Origin: Vitrella brassicaformis CCMP3155 | Lineage: Eukaryota; Protista; Chromerida | Assembly (NCBI GenBank): GCA_001179505.1 | Contig: CDMY01000291.1 | Span: forward strand, 1-64,000 | Reading direction: 5' to 3' | DNA length: 64,000 nucleotides | Part shown: positions 1 through 12,468 of the stretch, piece by piece | Layout of the letters: every line of letters starts with the position of its first letter | How positions within the stretch are numbered: the stretch's first letter is position 1 | Program-made: the position numbers and the translations under genes | Notes under the pieces: model-generated | Told to the model about the DNA's origin: nothing | Databases searched by the model: none | Seen by the model: the letters and a program-made list of their open reading frames with translations, nothing else

Positions 1-729
1 ACACAGTTAGTGCAGAGGCGCTTGTGATTCCAGCAGTCACATCGTCGGCTGCATGTGGACAGCGCAGACGTCCCTTTCTCGTTGCATGCGCAACAGGGGG
101 GCCCGCCGCCGTCTCGCGGGATGAGGGCAGGTGGAGGGGGTTGGGTGTAGTCCGATACACGCTTGCTCATCCGAAAAGGAGGAGAAACAGCCGAGAAATC
201 ACCAACTCAATCATGGGGGGTATATCAATTTATTGATTGACTGGCGCGGCGGAGTCATAGACAGCACACGACTGGCCGCCGTCAGCGCCCTCAAAGGTCA
301 GCACCACATCGTCAGTGTTGAGTGGCAGGGTAGACAGACCGTGTGAATGTTCCTATGTATATGTATGGTCCACGTTTGTGCGCGATCTCCATAGGCCCTT
401 GGGTTACACGAGTCTCGTAACACTTGAACACAATGACCGACCATCCCGCACAGAACCAAATCCCATCTCTACAGCCACAGTGTGACGCCTCAAACCCAAT
501 TGCACGCAGGCAAATTCGTTCTCGACTCAATGATGAGCATTGGGAGGGAGACACGGACATGAACGGCAGGGAGAAAAGAGAGAAGCCTTCTCGGAAGGAA
601 TAAATACTGAGACATATTCCGGTCATTCACTCTTGCGCTCGGCTCGATACATACTGCATGGAACATACGGCCAGGCCGTGAGGAAAATGGTACGAACAGA
701 TACCTCGCTGTGAATCGATTGGTACGGTT

Positions 730-2184
730 TCACCTGATGAATCGCTGAGCTGACGACGAATCTCCGCGTGTTCTGTCTCCCTCTCGTTGCTTCGCTTCTC
801 CTTCGCCGTCACGAGAAGGCTGAGGAGGGGCTGGAGAGCTCATGCGAAAGGCACTTACCGCTCGCAGCATTCGCTGCACGTCGCGGCCTGCCGTGCCCAT
901 GCTTCTGCCTCGCTCTTCCGCGATTGCTAAGCATCCACAGGATACATGAAAAAGAAACCGATGCAGACATCGCAGCCTGTACTGACCTCCAGCTTGGGCT
1001 CTCAGTAGGCTGCAGGGGATAAAAAGACACGCACACCAGGTACATACACTCCATTGCTTCGGGGTCGAGGTAGGCTGGGTGTGCATTCTCTTACTCGGCC
1101 ATTCTCTCGGTGGTCGTCACGTCTTCCTGCTTTTCGAAGTCCTCGGCCTTGACTTCAGACGAGCTTGAGCTGCTTGCGACCTCCGATATCTCGCCACCTT
1201 CTTTATCGCTCTGTGCCGCACTCTTCGCCTTCAATCTCAGCCTCGATGCAATGCCTTGTGGCAAGCCCTTCTTTGGAAAAACTGACGAAGCCTTGGCTGA
1301 AGCAGCTTCTCGCGACTGGTCCTCGTCAGCTTGCGGAGGGGCAGACGGTGCGGTGGCTCGTCTCTTTCCTGCAGCTCTGAACGCTGCAGCACCTCGAAGC
1401 AGCCTCTGCACGTCGGTCCCTGCCTGACTGAAAGTCCGTCGTTCTTGAGAGATTGCAGAAGCGTGGACACTGTACAGTCTGTAGAGACAAACCAGGCGTG
1501 ACCATGGGCAAAGCTCAAGCGCTTCTCCACACTCTCGCTGACCTGCCAAGACGCTCCGTAGGAGACATGTCTTTTTGCGTCTCGACTTTGCCAGCGTCGG
1601 CTTCTTGACTGTCGCTGCTCTCCGATGTCTCCGCTGCAGAGCTGGCTGAGACGGCGCTCTCCTCCCCGTTCTTCTTGGAGATCGCTTTCTTGAGCATCGA
1701 TGCCGCCCTGCCTTCTTTCGTTGCCTCGGTGCCTTCCTCCTTGCTGAACGGCACGAGCTTCCTCTCTGACTTGGCTTCCTTGTCACTGGCAGCGCTCTTG
1801 AAGGCCCTCACTTCTCGCATCATTCGTTGCACGTCTCTCCCTGCCGTTCCTATTGTCCGACGGCGGGTTTCGTCATCGATGGCTGTCGCTTGGACGCTCA
1901 AGAGACTGCTCACAAAACGGGTCATTTCTCACTTCTCGTCTCAGCCCAGCTCTTGTCTACATTCTGTACTACCTTGCGAATCGTTGAGCCGTCGTCAAGG
2001 CCCTGAGTCTGCTGAACTGCTCGGCGTCGACCTCAGATGAGGACGAAGAGGACTCGGCCGACGGGGCGGACGACTCGGCCTCAGAGCCCTGTCTGCCACT
2101 GCTTGCTGGGCCTGCGGCTCGATCCTGAGAATGAAGATCCAGTTTTGTTGTCGCTCTTCGCTTCCTCCATACATCCAAAAGCAA
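730..2184 (-). CDS. Hypothetical multi-exon protein with three copies of an unrecognised ~50 aa module separated by S/E/K-rich linkers; both ends uncertain
   Basis: Manual splicing gives LTTAQRFASLLSVQATAIDDETRRRTIGTAGRDVQRMMREVRAF, MSPTERLGRLYSVHASAISQERRTFSQAGTDVQRLLRGAAAF and VTTTERMADLLRAQAGAIAEERGRSMGTAGRDVQRMLRAVSAF. An intron falls at the same position in each module. Confidence 0.6.
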
Positions 2185-3164
2185 TGTGAATTTATGGTGA
2201 ATGTAGTCCCAGCGAAGAAGGAGCCTGACGGACTTCGCGTCACTCTTTTTGATTTATGGCGGCCTTGGCAGTCGATACTGGACGATGTATTCGCAATGGC
2301 TAGGCTGTCTCTGCCCTTCTGGTGCCCCTGATATTTCTTCTGTACTTGACATCACTGTGGCATTCCGCTCACTGGCTGCCCGAAGGCTTGAGCAACAGCG
2401 CCCGTGAGGCTTGGTCTTTGCTGGCTGCCTGACGCCATGTAAGGAACATAAAGCTGTCCTTCGGTCAATGAGTCGTCCATAGGCACACTTTACTGCCGCT
2501 TACAGTGCCAGCTCATGGTCCAGCTGCAATAATGCTCTCCCGTTTCTTGCAAGAATGGCACCCGTGTTCGTTGTTTGCGTCTTTTCGCCACCAATTGATT
2601 CAAATGGAAGAGCTGCAGCAACCGAGTGGACCGTGGGAATGTCAGATCTCTTCCGAGTGACCATCGCCTCGACCCTTCCGTCCGGGGAGCTGCTTGTCTA
2701 ACGCATGCAAAGTACAGCCAAGTTACTCGTCAACGTGCTCTCTTAGGACTGGACGCTGCATGACACCCGTTCTTGTGGCCATAGCCGTGTGAGCCCTCAG
2801 ACGCTTCTGACGGACGCGAAACATTTTTTGGAGTCCCCGCATACACGAAGAAGTATGCCATCGCACACTGGCCTTGAAAGGGTCTCCGCTGTGTCAATCG
2901 AATTCCACGGACCAAACTTCGCATCATCCCCTCCGGATCACGCCATAGCACGTAAGCACGAAGGCACGTGAAAGGGTGCGGAACTGCATCACTCACGGCC
3001 ACGCACAACGTGCGAGTGTAGAGGGAAGGAGAGAAGAGACACTGGAAAAACAGCGAGGATGCCTTGCCTACGTCTTCTCCCTACACCAATGGCATGTGCG
3101 CATTCATTCGCGCTGGCTCGCTTTGCCTACCTGCATAACGAGCTTAGTTAGTGATATATTCCCA

Positions 3165-3227
3165 CCGTACATTTTAAAACTTCACACTCTGGTGCTCATG
3201 AATTATCACCCTGATCTTCCCTCCCTC
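3165..3227 (+). repeat. Short dispersed repeat, copy A (inverted copy at 20939-21024)
   Basis: ccgtacatttta...cacactctggtgctcatgaattatcaccctgatcttccctccctc matches the reverse complement of 20939-21024, apart from one indel and a few substitutions. Confidence 0.75.
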
Positions 3228-3506
3228 GGCTTTCCTTTTCCTCTGTATGCAAAGATCAGACAGTCATGATGCAGACACGCATGCATGTGGAAGAAAAGAG
3301 GAGCACCAGTCATCAAGACACAAGGTAACCTTAAAGACTACGGCAAATTGACCTTCACACGCACACGACTGGTACCTATCTTACTGATGTTAACGAATAT
3401 CGATGCCAACACGTCACAAGCCGACTAACGGGCAGTCACGCCTTCATTGCCTATACAAAAAGGGCCAGTGCGAGCGAGAAGTGACGCACCAGCCGGCGAG
3501 CTTCGC

Positions 3507-6062
3507 TTACCCGGTGTCTCCCCACTTGACCTGATCCAGCAGGAGGATGTCGTAGACACGGCTCCTCAGGTCACGACTGACGCATCAAGGCAGCAAGGGA
3601 CAAACAGGCCGACAGGCAGAGGATAATGAATGGAGAGGCGTGGTGGCACTCGTCACTGCTTGTGCGTCGATGTATTGACCTGAAGTGGCTGTCCCATGTG
3701 ATCAGGTAGACGTCCTTGCGGTACACCTCGTTGGTTTTGATCTTGTCCAGTGCTGGCTCGAAGTCGCTGTCTCCCGCCACCAGAAAGATGACGTCCACCC
3801 GATCGTCACGCGCCTTATCCAACAGCTCCATGGTGATCTTGCAATCCGCGCCAGACTGCTGCCCATTGGGTTTCAGCCTGCATGCAAGATACGCCGTGAA
3901 CACCGCTCGTCATCCCGTCCGTCTGCTCGTTTGTGTGCATACCTGGATTCCCAGACGCCGAATCCCTCTGCTTTGAGGTCCTTGTGCAGCTGCTTTAGCG
4001 CCTCCCGCTCAGGGCCGAGACGCAGCTCCTTGTAATTGGTGCTGACATATAGCGAGTGATACGCGCTGACATCGTAAGCCCATTTCCGCCGCATCATCCC
4101 CACAAGCGACAGCACGTCACTCGTTCTCGGCTGGCGCCTGGTGTGCTCGGAGAACGTCTGGCAGAAGTAGGCCCCATCCACAATGAGCGCCGCCTTGCCT
4201 CTCAGAGCCACAGGCTCGGGCCTGATCAAGGAACGCCACACGTTAGCGTCAGGAGGGCTATGTGCTATGTTGTTCCGCTAGAATGGTCTCGCTCACGTGC
4301 TGGCCTGCGTCGGAAGCTGCATGGTGTAGGACGGAATGGCGACTGGCGGCGGAGTGGACACATTCGCTGACCTCTCACGATCACGAGCCCTGGTGCACAG
4401 AGGAATATACAAGGGGGAAGGATACAAGACGTGTATCGGCTGATCGGCTGATCTTTCGCATACAAGACTCACCTCCACGCTTCGAGCTCTTCCATGGTGT
4501 GGGCATTATGGCAGCTGTCTCCGTAGCGACAGCCACTTCCTGCACTCAGACACGCAAAACACGATGAACACAGCCACTTGTCTGTCTGTCTGTCTGTCTA
4601 GGTACCGTCAGGGTTGATGTATTTGCACATCGTCGCGTTGCCTCTGAGGTCCAGACGGCCATGTGCGAACGAACATGCGGCACCACGGGGGCAAACACCC
4701 TGACACGACCAGAAGCCAAAACGATCATTCTCACATTGGAGGAAACAAGACAATTGATGCCTCGTCACCTGTCGATCTGCTTCACATATTTTGGTCTTGT
4801 AGAAAGGCGCGTCAGGTCCGGTCGTCGGTCGAGGAGGGGGCGGCCTGTAGAAAGGCTGAAGGACAACAAACAGTGAGTGAGCCAATCACTGCCTCCTGTC
4901 GTCCATTCAACCCACCTTTAGGGCCGTGTGCGCAACCTGCTCGTCTTCGTTGTCTGAGGAGCCAGTGCTATCCCGCCGCATAAAATGCGCCAAGTGCTCT
5001 TGGGAGCTGGTGCCGTAGGTGGGCTGGGTGCGGCATAAAGCTGGGTTTGCGGAGACGGGAGAGCTGAAACGACACAACAGAGACGGAGAAAGGCGCCCCG
5101 TGAATGTGTGAACCGTTGCCCGTCTCTTGCCCTCTCACTTTGGCGTGTCTGGATACTGGGGATATACCGACGAAGCTGTAGTTGAGACCCAGCCCGGTGG
5201 CTTCGGCATTTGGGGCGCCGCAGACCTAACAGCACAAAAGGCATTCGAAACGCATGTCATCAATCGTTCATCTCTCGCCCTGCTCACGGTGTGGCATATT
5301 GCGGCGTCTGCAGAGTCAGATCTGAAGGCGCAGAAGTGCGGCTGCCCTCACGCTCATACGATCTGCACCGACGCAGTGCAAAAGCATCCAAATGAGCACG
5401 ATCAGAAGCGTCAGTGGCTGTGCCGTTACCTCCATGCTTCGAGCTCTTCCATGCTGTGGGCGTTGTGGCAGCTCTCCCCGTAGCGGCAACCACTCCCTGC
5501 ACTCGGGCACGCCCACCAGACACCAATGCCGACCCTCCACTCAGACGGTCTTCTCTTCCTGCTTACCATCTCTGTTGACCCACTCGCACATCTTGGCCCT
5601 CTTCCCTCGCAGCTCCACTCTGCCGTGCGCGTAGGTGCAGGCATCGCCTCGATTGCACCTCCCCTGAGCCAAGTGACAGAGATCAGCGGGATTTGAGATG
5701 AAAGAGTGTTTCGGTCGACCTACCCGGCGCCAGTGCTCGCAGAGCTCGACCTTGAAATTTGCCAGCTTGATCAGATCATCTGAGGAAATCAGAGAGGGAG
5801 GCACCCGTAAGTGACTGTTCCTATCTGAGTGGGATCTCATACCTCCTCCTGCCCGCCTCTCCTCCCGCAGGCCCGTCGACACGATCCAATGGCTGGTGCG
5901 ACGTGGTTGACACTTGGCGTGGGGTACGAATGTGCCCCGGTCGGCTGGAGGGAGAGGGATGCCGTTGCTGGGGGGTGGGTAAAGGGGCACCGGTGCAGGT
6001 GAGGGGGATGGTGTGTCTTCCCTGCCATATCCTGCGGCTGTCGGCGGGACGACGTCTGACAT
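3507..6062 (-). CDS. 4x CCCH zinc finger plus NYN (LabA/DUF88-type PIN) putative endoribonuclease, paralog 1
   Basis: Spliced fingers: FKVELCEHWRRGRCNRGDACTYAH, KMCEWVNRDGSGCRYGESCHNAH, YKTKICEADRQGVCPRGAACSFAH and TMCKYINPDGSGCRYGDSCHNAH. NYN motifs: ALIVDGAY, QSGADCKIT, IFLVAGDSDFEPAL, VYLITWD and SRDLRSRVYDILLLD. Stop TAA at 3507-3509. Confidence 0.85.
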
Positions 6063-6487
6063 CGGCGTTGCGACGTGTCAGATCTCACGGCAAAGAATAC
6101 GTTCTCTCAGATGCAGCCTTCAGAGCCTCACGCGTCGGCATTCCTGCCAAGAATTGGCATCTTATTGTGTTTAACGACACTCGCGTAACCCTTCCTTCGC
6201 AAACGCAGACATTCATGCACACAGCCTGTCATGGTCAGACGAGGGCTTCCGTGGAAGAGGATGCGAGAAGTAAGGTACCAAGAGGTGTTTTCAGTCCAGT
6301 GCAGCACTGTTTGCAGCCAAAGCAAACAGCCCATTGGCTCAAACAGCAACCTCTCTCTGAGAAAGACACCCTCATGATGACACAATAGCACAGACCACAA
6401 ATTGGCTCCCTTCAGTTCTGTCGATGCACAGCACGTCCCCAAGCAGTCAACAATTCGGCCCTAGCAACCAACAGATCCGCCGTCGAA

Positions 6488-7338
6488 TCACGAATCTGGT
6501 TGCACATGGTCAAGGAGGTAGTCTGCGACTTCGTGCTGGTATCTGCAGGACATACCATTCACAAGCCCATCAACTCGGCGCCCTGTGATTCCCCTCACTT
6601 GTCGAGTATGGTTCGACCGTTCTTGTGGAACCCTGCCAGCATCTTCCGGCACGTCGGCTCACCACAAAAGCACTCATCCATGGCCATGATGGCGTACTCC
6701 TGCAGGACACCAACAAATCGGGCAGTCACTTACGGGAAGATGGATGGATAGATGGATGTGCGTATACTCCTCACCGTCGTTTCGTAATCGAAGAATATCT
6801 GACACAGACAGATGACATGGAATCAGTGTACACACGCTGGTCAGCCAATCCATAGAACCGCTCTGTACCTGTTCGTCCTTGGAGATGTCCCGTCGCGCGA
6901 TGAACGTGTAGGCGCCATAGCTGTTGCGCTTCGCCCATGTGTTGGGCTCACACGAGTGGTTGAGGAATCGCCCAGGGGCGTACATGTCCGCATGCCTCGG
7001 CGGGACTTCAGATAACTGATGACACGCGCACACAGCACACACGCAGTCAGATAGGGAATGACCGATGAGCCCACATGTGCGTGTACCTGAATCGAGTGCA
7101 TTGTTCGTTTCTCATCGATGGTCTCAGCTACACCAACAAGTACCACGTCGCCTGTGGAGATGTGCTTTTTCGCGAACACGCCCCTCATCTGTCCTTCCTC
7201 TCCCCCATCGCCGTAGAATCTCTCCTCGCGCACCTCCACATGTGGGCTCAGGGCTGACGGGTCAGTGACGCCGGAAGCCGCGAGAGAAGAGTATGTGCCG
7301 TTGCCGGCAGGACTGGTGGCTGCAAGAGGAGAAGGCAT
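6488..7338 (-). CDS. Small SET plus post-SET domain protein (putative lysine methyltransferase); start uncertain
   Basis: RGVFAKKHISTGDVV, GRFLNHSCEPN, FIARRDISKDEQ and post-SET ECFCGEPTCR, spread across GT-AG exons. Confidence 0.85.
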
Positions 7339-8238
7339 GCTCGGGTTCAAAGTAGCACTGTATCACATCACATCAACACCAACATGAGAAAGAGGGAGGG
7401 AGGGAGAGAGAGAGAGAGAGAGAAGGGGCGTGTTTTCCGTCCGTCTGACTGATCTGACCTCTCGATGCCGAGTGGTGGTGCGAGGTCGACGGCATCGTCC
7501 GGTGTGGTGGGAGGGGAGGAGGCAGGGGAACCTGCATGACATCACGAACAGTCACAATCACACACCCACGAACACACCCGTACATCCATCCACTCCTCTC
7601 CCATCTCACCTTGCGTGGCGGATTATTTCTGACTCAGCCGCCGGAGATCAGCTGACGGAGATCGGAGATCTTGAGCACTTGTAGACGGTTGGTTGGTTGG
7701 TTGGTTGGCTGGTTGGTTATCGTGCCGCCGAAGCGCTGCGGTCGGTTATGGGTTTGACGAGACGCCTGTCCCTACCCCGAAATCGTTGGGGTTCGTTCAG
7801 CGGCAAACAGAAAGACGGGACTTGGATTCTAGCGTTGCGAAGCGTCATAAAAGCGTCTCCAAAAATCACCCCGATCTCTCTATCTCCGTTGAGCTCAGCA
7901 GGTCTAAAATGCCCTTGCTCCCATCACAGGAAAAAGGCTCAGGAGAAGCTTCAGCTGACACGAAGCCATGCATCAAGGGCAGCGCAGCCAAGGGGCAGCA
8001 CCCTCCCTCCCCCCTCTCTCCCTCACAGTTGCAGCTGATGCGAGGTGAGTCTCTCTCTTCTCAAAAATCGCAAGAACACGATGCACAGACACATCATCAC
8101 GAACACGAGAATGCTGCCCCACGCAACATCAAAAAAGTCTATGGCAAGGCAACCGATGGCCGAAACGGCCCTCAACCATAGCTGCATTTGCAGGCCACTC
8201 GCATCGTCCGCCGTACCCTCCCCCGACCCCCGCCACCT

Positions 8239-9596
8239 TCAAAGATCCCGTGACGCCTCCTTAACGGCGGACACAAACGCGCCCGCCGCCTCTGGGGTCA
8301 TGCCGGGCTGCATCCCGTGGCCCAGGTTGGCGATGTACCTCTTTTTGCCGAACTTCTTGACCATGGCGATCGTGTGCTTCCTGATGATCTCTGGGTCGGA
8401 GTACATGGCATGTGGGTCGAGGTTGCCCTGCAAGGTCAGCTTGTCGCCGAACCGCTGACGCATTTCGTGGGGATCTGCGCTCCAGCCGAGGGAGATGGCG
8501 TCGTAGGACGAGTCGGCGAAGGACGCAAGGGGCATCTCCTTCGGGAAGGCGATCAGGATGGCGTTGGACCGCGCCTTCTTGACCTCGTCGGCGATCATTC
8601 GCATGTACTTGGCTCCGAACTCCTCGTACATGTGCGGGGACAAGACACCTGACAGAAATGAAGACAGTGCAGGCAGATACTGAGCGAGAACGCACCCCAC
8701 CACAGCCCCTCCGTCGCTCTGCTTGTCGCACCTGCGTTGGTGTCGAAAACCTGAAGTAGCTGCGCGCCGGCATCATACTGCATGATGAGGTATTGCGCAC
8801 TGATCCTGGCGATGCCTTCCAGCAGCTTGTGACTGGCCTCCGGGTGGTCGTAGAGCCACCTCTTGGCCCCCTGCCAGTCCTTGCTGCTCTCGCCCTGCAC
8901 CATGTAGGCCATGATGGTCCACGGCGCGCCGCAGAAGCCGAAGACCGGGATCTCGTTGTCGAGCTTCTTCTTGGTCGTGTAGATGGCGTCGGCGACGTAG
9001 CCGAGGGTCTCCTCGACGTCAGGGTTAAAGTTGAGCTTCTCGAGGTCTGCGGGCTTCTCGAAGCCGTAATCGAACACTGGCCCCCTTCCCTTGATCATCT
9101 GCAGCGGCTGACCCATCGCCACGGGGATGACGAGAATGTCAGAGAAGATGATGACTGCGTCGAGAGGATAGCGGCGGTAAGGCTGCAGGGTAACCTCGGC
9201 CGCAAGCTCCGGATCTTGGCAGACCTTGAGGAAGTTGTGCTCGGCGACGAGCTCCCTGTACTCAGGCAGGTACCTCCCCGCTTGCCTCATCATCCACACC
9301 GGCACCTCATCAACCTCCTCGCCACGCGCAGCCCGCATGATCCTGTCATTCTTGGGCGTTGGCCACTCGCCCTTGTTGGCGCGTCGCTCAGCGCTGATCT
9401 CCTGCTTCCTCTCGGTGGAGGTTTCGGTCACGACTGCCTGCATGCAGAGGGGGCGGGCCAGACGAGAGCGCAGAGCCCGGCTGTTGGAAGATCTCAACCT
9501 CCTGAGGGGTGCTGACGACAGGAAGCCTGTGGAAGAGGCCTTCTGAGGGTGGAGGGCGAGAGAAGCCGCGACTGCTGCCAAGAGGATGATGGACAT
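8239..9596 (-). CDS. UROD: Uroporphyrinogen decarboxylase with bipartite plastid-targeting presequence; 2 exons, intron 8731-8649
   Basis: PVWMMRQAGRYLPEYR, DAVIIFSDILV, GFCGAPWT, LQGNLDP and YIANLGHGM. The N-terminus is a hydrophobic signal (MSIILLAAVAASLAL) followed by an S/R-rich transit peptide. Confidence 0.97.
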
Positions 9597-9659
9597 CGTT
9601 GGAACGGACATATATGCCGAGAAGATCTTTCCTCACAGCAGGGGTCTTTCCTCAGAGCA

Positions 9660-9684
9660 GCAGCGGTTTCATGGAGCACCCTAG
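9660..9684 (+). promoter_or_regulatory. Recurrent promoter motif, copy 1 (between head-to-head UROD and PH genes)
   Basis: gcagcggtttcatggagcaccctag, a 25/25 match to 30563-30587. The regulatory role is inferred from position. Confidence 0.6.
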
Positions 9685-9726
9685 AAAAATGCGAGCTAAG
9701 AGTCTTCGGATCTTCCGCCATTTGCA

Positions 9727-11355
9727 ATGGATTACGAGCAACAGGACCGTTCGTATCGCAGCCCGAACAAAGTGTACGTCGCGGCTCAACAGATGAGTAT
9801 GACCACTGGGTTGACGAGATGGATGAGTTGTATGTAGAGGAGAGACAGCAGGTATGCCTTGCATCAGAACACGTCAAGCGCAGTACTGCTTCTTTTCTTC
9901 CGGTCGCAGAGGCTGAGTGACCATGAACGGCGCCATAGGGCTGAGAGGCCAGCCGGTGAGCACCGAATTATCGATTTGTATGTGTCTTTCTTTCCTCTCT
10001 GTCTCAGGCGCTCCCTCGTCGAAGGCACACGAGAGCGCTTCAGCCGATGAGGACGCATTTCTCAGCTCGTTTGCACGAAAGAGAGCCAGCTTGTCTCCGA
10101 CCGCCCGTCTCGTGGACAAATCGTCATCGTCGCCCCTCGTTGCTGCGCTGACTCATGGCCGTGAGAGAGCAGATAGTGGGGAGATCGACTCGGGGACAGA
10201 CGACGGTGAACCCGATGTGCAAGAGGAACATGGCGAAGGCAGAGGGAGCGCACAGAGGCGAAGAGTAGGGAAGTTAAGAGAAGCACCATAAAAAAAAAGA
10301 GACACGGGCTTTTTTCTCCCTTCTCCTTTCGCAGCAACGAAGACACGAGCTCGAGCACCACCGTGTGCCGATCGACACCTCCCCTCTCAGGTCTGCCGCC
10401 AATCCTGTTTCATCGGCGGCGCGTGCTGATGCAGCCGTGATGGACGAAGATGACGATGAAGACGATGACGAAAGCTTGGAAAGTTATGGGAGAGGCATGG
10501 GTGATGTCTCGACGCCATTTGCACTGAAGCGGGCGGCGACAGCAGAGAAAAGGAAAACGGTAGGGTGGTGTCAAGGAAAAGACAAAAACACGAGGGGCGA
10601 TTCCTGGCTGCATTTGGACATGTTTGTGTCAGCGTGAAGGGTTGAGTTTTGGCGATGTGGCGGGAACGCAGATACAGAATATGGCTGGCGGGCAAACGCA
10701 GGAGTCAGACGAGCAGAAACGACCTGTCACCTTACGTAAGTCAATGCGTTGGATTCTCCCGCCCGTTTTCCTGCACATTCTGTGGGTCTTCAGTTCGCAG
10801 CGCCCAGCTGTTGTACGACACAGTGCTGGAGGACCATTTAGATAAGAGACACCGCAATGGCTTCATGTGGCAGAGCAGGTAGGCTTGATGGGCTTTCGGC
10901 GTGTCTGTATACACCAGAGGCGCTTTATTTCTATCCACGGTGCAGATGGGTGCGTGTGTGGAGCTTTGCCCTCCTATACTTCGGCGATCGAAAGGACACA
11001 GTCCCAAGTGGAGGTACTTCGTCCTGTCGGTCAGAAGGACACAGTCCTGTACCTCGTCTCCTGTCTCTGACAGTCCTGGACTTCAGAGAGCACAGCTGGA
11101 CCGTCACAGAAGACGAGCGCAACCCAAAAATCTTCAGGTCAGCCTCCATTGCAAAGTGTTCGATTCACCGGGACAACATCATGCTTTATGCGCGCGTTGT
11201 TCGCAAGGATGAGGGCAGAGGGCCAAAATCGTGAGTTCGTCTTTCGTGTGGGGCGTGAGTCGTCGACCGACCGCTCTACGTGGTTGAGGCATATCCGAAA
11301 CCAAATGGCGGCTGCCAAGACCGTCAAAGAAGTTGCCCAGTCACGAGGGCGGTGA
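9727..11355 (+). CDS. C-terminal PH domain protein with acidic low-complexity N-terminus; start uncertain
   Basis: Spliced LEDHLDKRHRNGFMWQSR-WVRVWSFALLYFGDRKDTVPSG-VLDFREHSWTVTEDERNPKIFR...REFVFRVGRESSTDRSTWLRHIRNQM fits the PH consensus, including the terminal Trp helix. Confidence 0.75.
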
Positions 11356-11720
11356 GGGCAGACAGCAAGATGGTCAGCCACATTGCAGAGGGAATGGAGA
11401 GGACTGAGTGAGTCGGTGAGGTGTCTGTCTGATTTGAGTCGTGATGCCTGCCTTCTGGGTCTGACAGTGTGACTGATCTTCTTGCTGCTCACGCAGCAGT
11501 GAGACTATGAACCTTGTTGAATTGTTTGTATGAGTTGTCAGTCCAAACCACAAACCCGATGGCGCTAGAAATGTGCTAGATGTACAGGATGCAATCGATA
11601 ACACTGCTCCCATTTCGCACTCGCTTCATCACACGCATCAAAACCACCCCTCAAAAACCCACTCTCGTCGGCCCCTTCTCTCCTCATGCAGCTCACGAGC
11701 GCCGACCAATCCTTGGTTAG

Positions 11721-12468
11721 TTACAGTACACCAGCAGCGTGCGTGTGACCGGAAACAGCCATCTGCGCGACTGGCCTCCATCGCGAGAGGTTGGCAGTCG
11801 GATGGCCGGACAGCTCGCCAAGAATGTCCGCCATCAAGTAACCAATACCAGCCATCAGCACAGCCGCACCTGAACCGCAATACAAACAAAGACAACGTCA
11901 CGTGCTCTCCGTCTGCTCATCCATCCCTCTGTCGTACCAGCAGCAGCAGGCATCTTCTGTATCATCCTCTGCGCGGTGTGTTGCGTCACTTCATTGGGGC
12001 TTGCATTCTGCATCACCGAGGAGCGGAGCTTAGCCACGTACGGCCCCACACTATCGCCAGCAGCCGCGAGTTGCTGACCACCCAGCAACACAGAAACAAG
12101 AAACGCAACAAACGTGAAGACGCCTGTTTGCCGTCTGCTGCTCGCGTGCCCCTGACCTTGTGAGTGCCATCGCAGTAGGGGAATTTCTTCGACTGCCAAC
12201 AACGACATATGACGATCTTTTTTTCGCCCTTGTCCGGAACGCGCTCAATCAACTGCACGAGGGGGACTCAAATGGGCACAAGTCATGTGCTTGTTGTGCT
12301 TCCATACATGCGAGTACTGGGGAAACTTGCGTGTATTGAAATCCATGACATCTCTGTATCTGAAAGGAGCCATACGCGATATCATGGCATCTTTGCGTGG
12401 TTTTTCTCCGTGTGACATCCTTACAGCAGATTCGTTGGATCCGGAGGCGGCCCAGAAGGCGAAGTCAT
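11721..12468 (-). CDS. CDGSH iron-sulfur domain protein (NEET/CISD family) with a C-terminal hydrophobic segment
   Basis: FNTRKFPQYSH-LIERVP...[34 protein letters not shown]. The last exon is GAAVLMAGIGYLMADILG...GVL*. Confidence 0.9.

Noticed and set aside
1-730. Possible terminal exons (minus-strand LPLNTDDVVLTFEGADGG..., or plus-strand 131-346)
   Set aside because: They could not be joined confidently to a gene model; this is the window edge.
2200-3000. Short ORFs upstream of the triple-module gene
   Set aside because: No consistent frame or motif; possible 5' exons but unsupported.
7693-8181. 162 aa plus-strand ORF between the SET gene and UROD
   Set aside because: It begins in a (GGTT)n tract, is low complexity and has no recognisable domain or clear ATG; it may be real but is unsupported.
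8317-9515. Long plus-strand ORFs (8793-9515, 8317-8652) opposite UROD
   Set aside because: Antisense shadow ORFs produced by GC-rich codon bias. The same applies to 46175-46903, 35854-36321 and 45191-45688.
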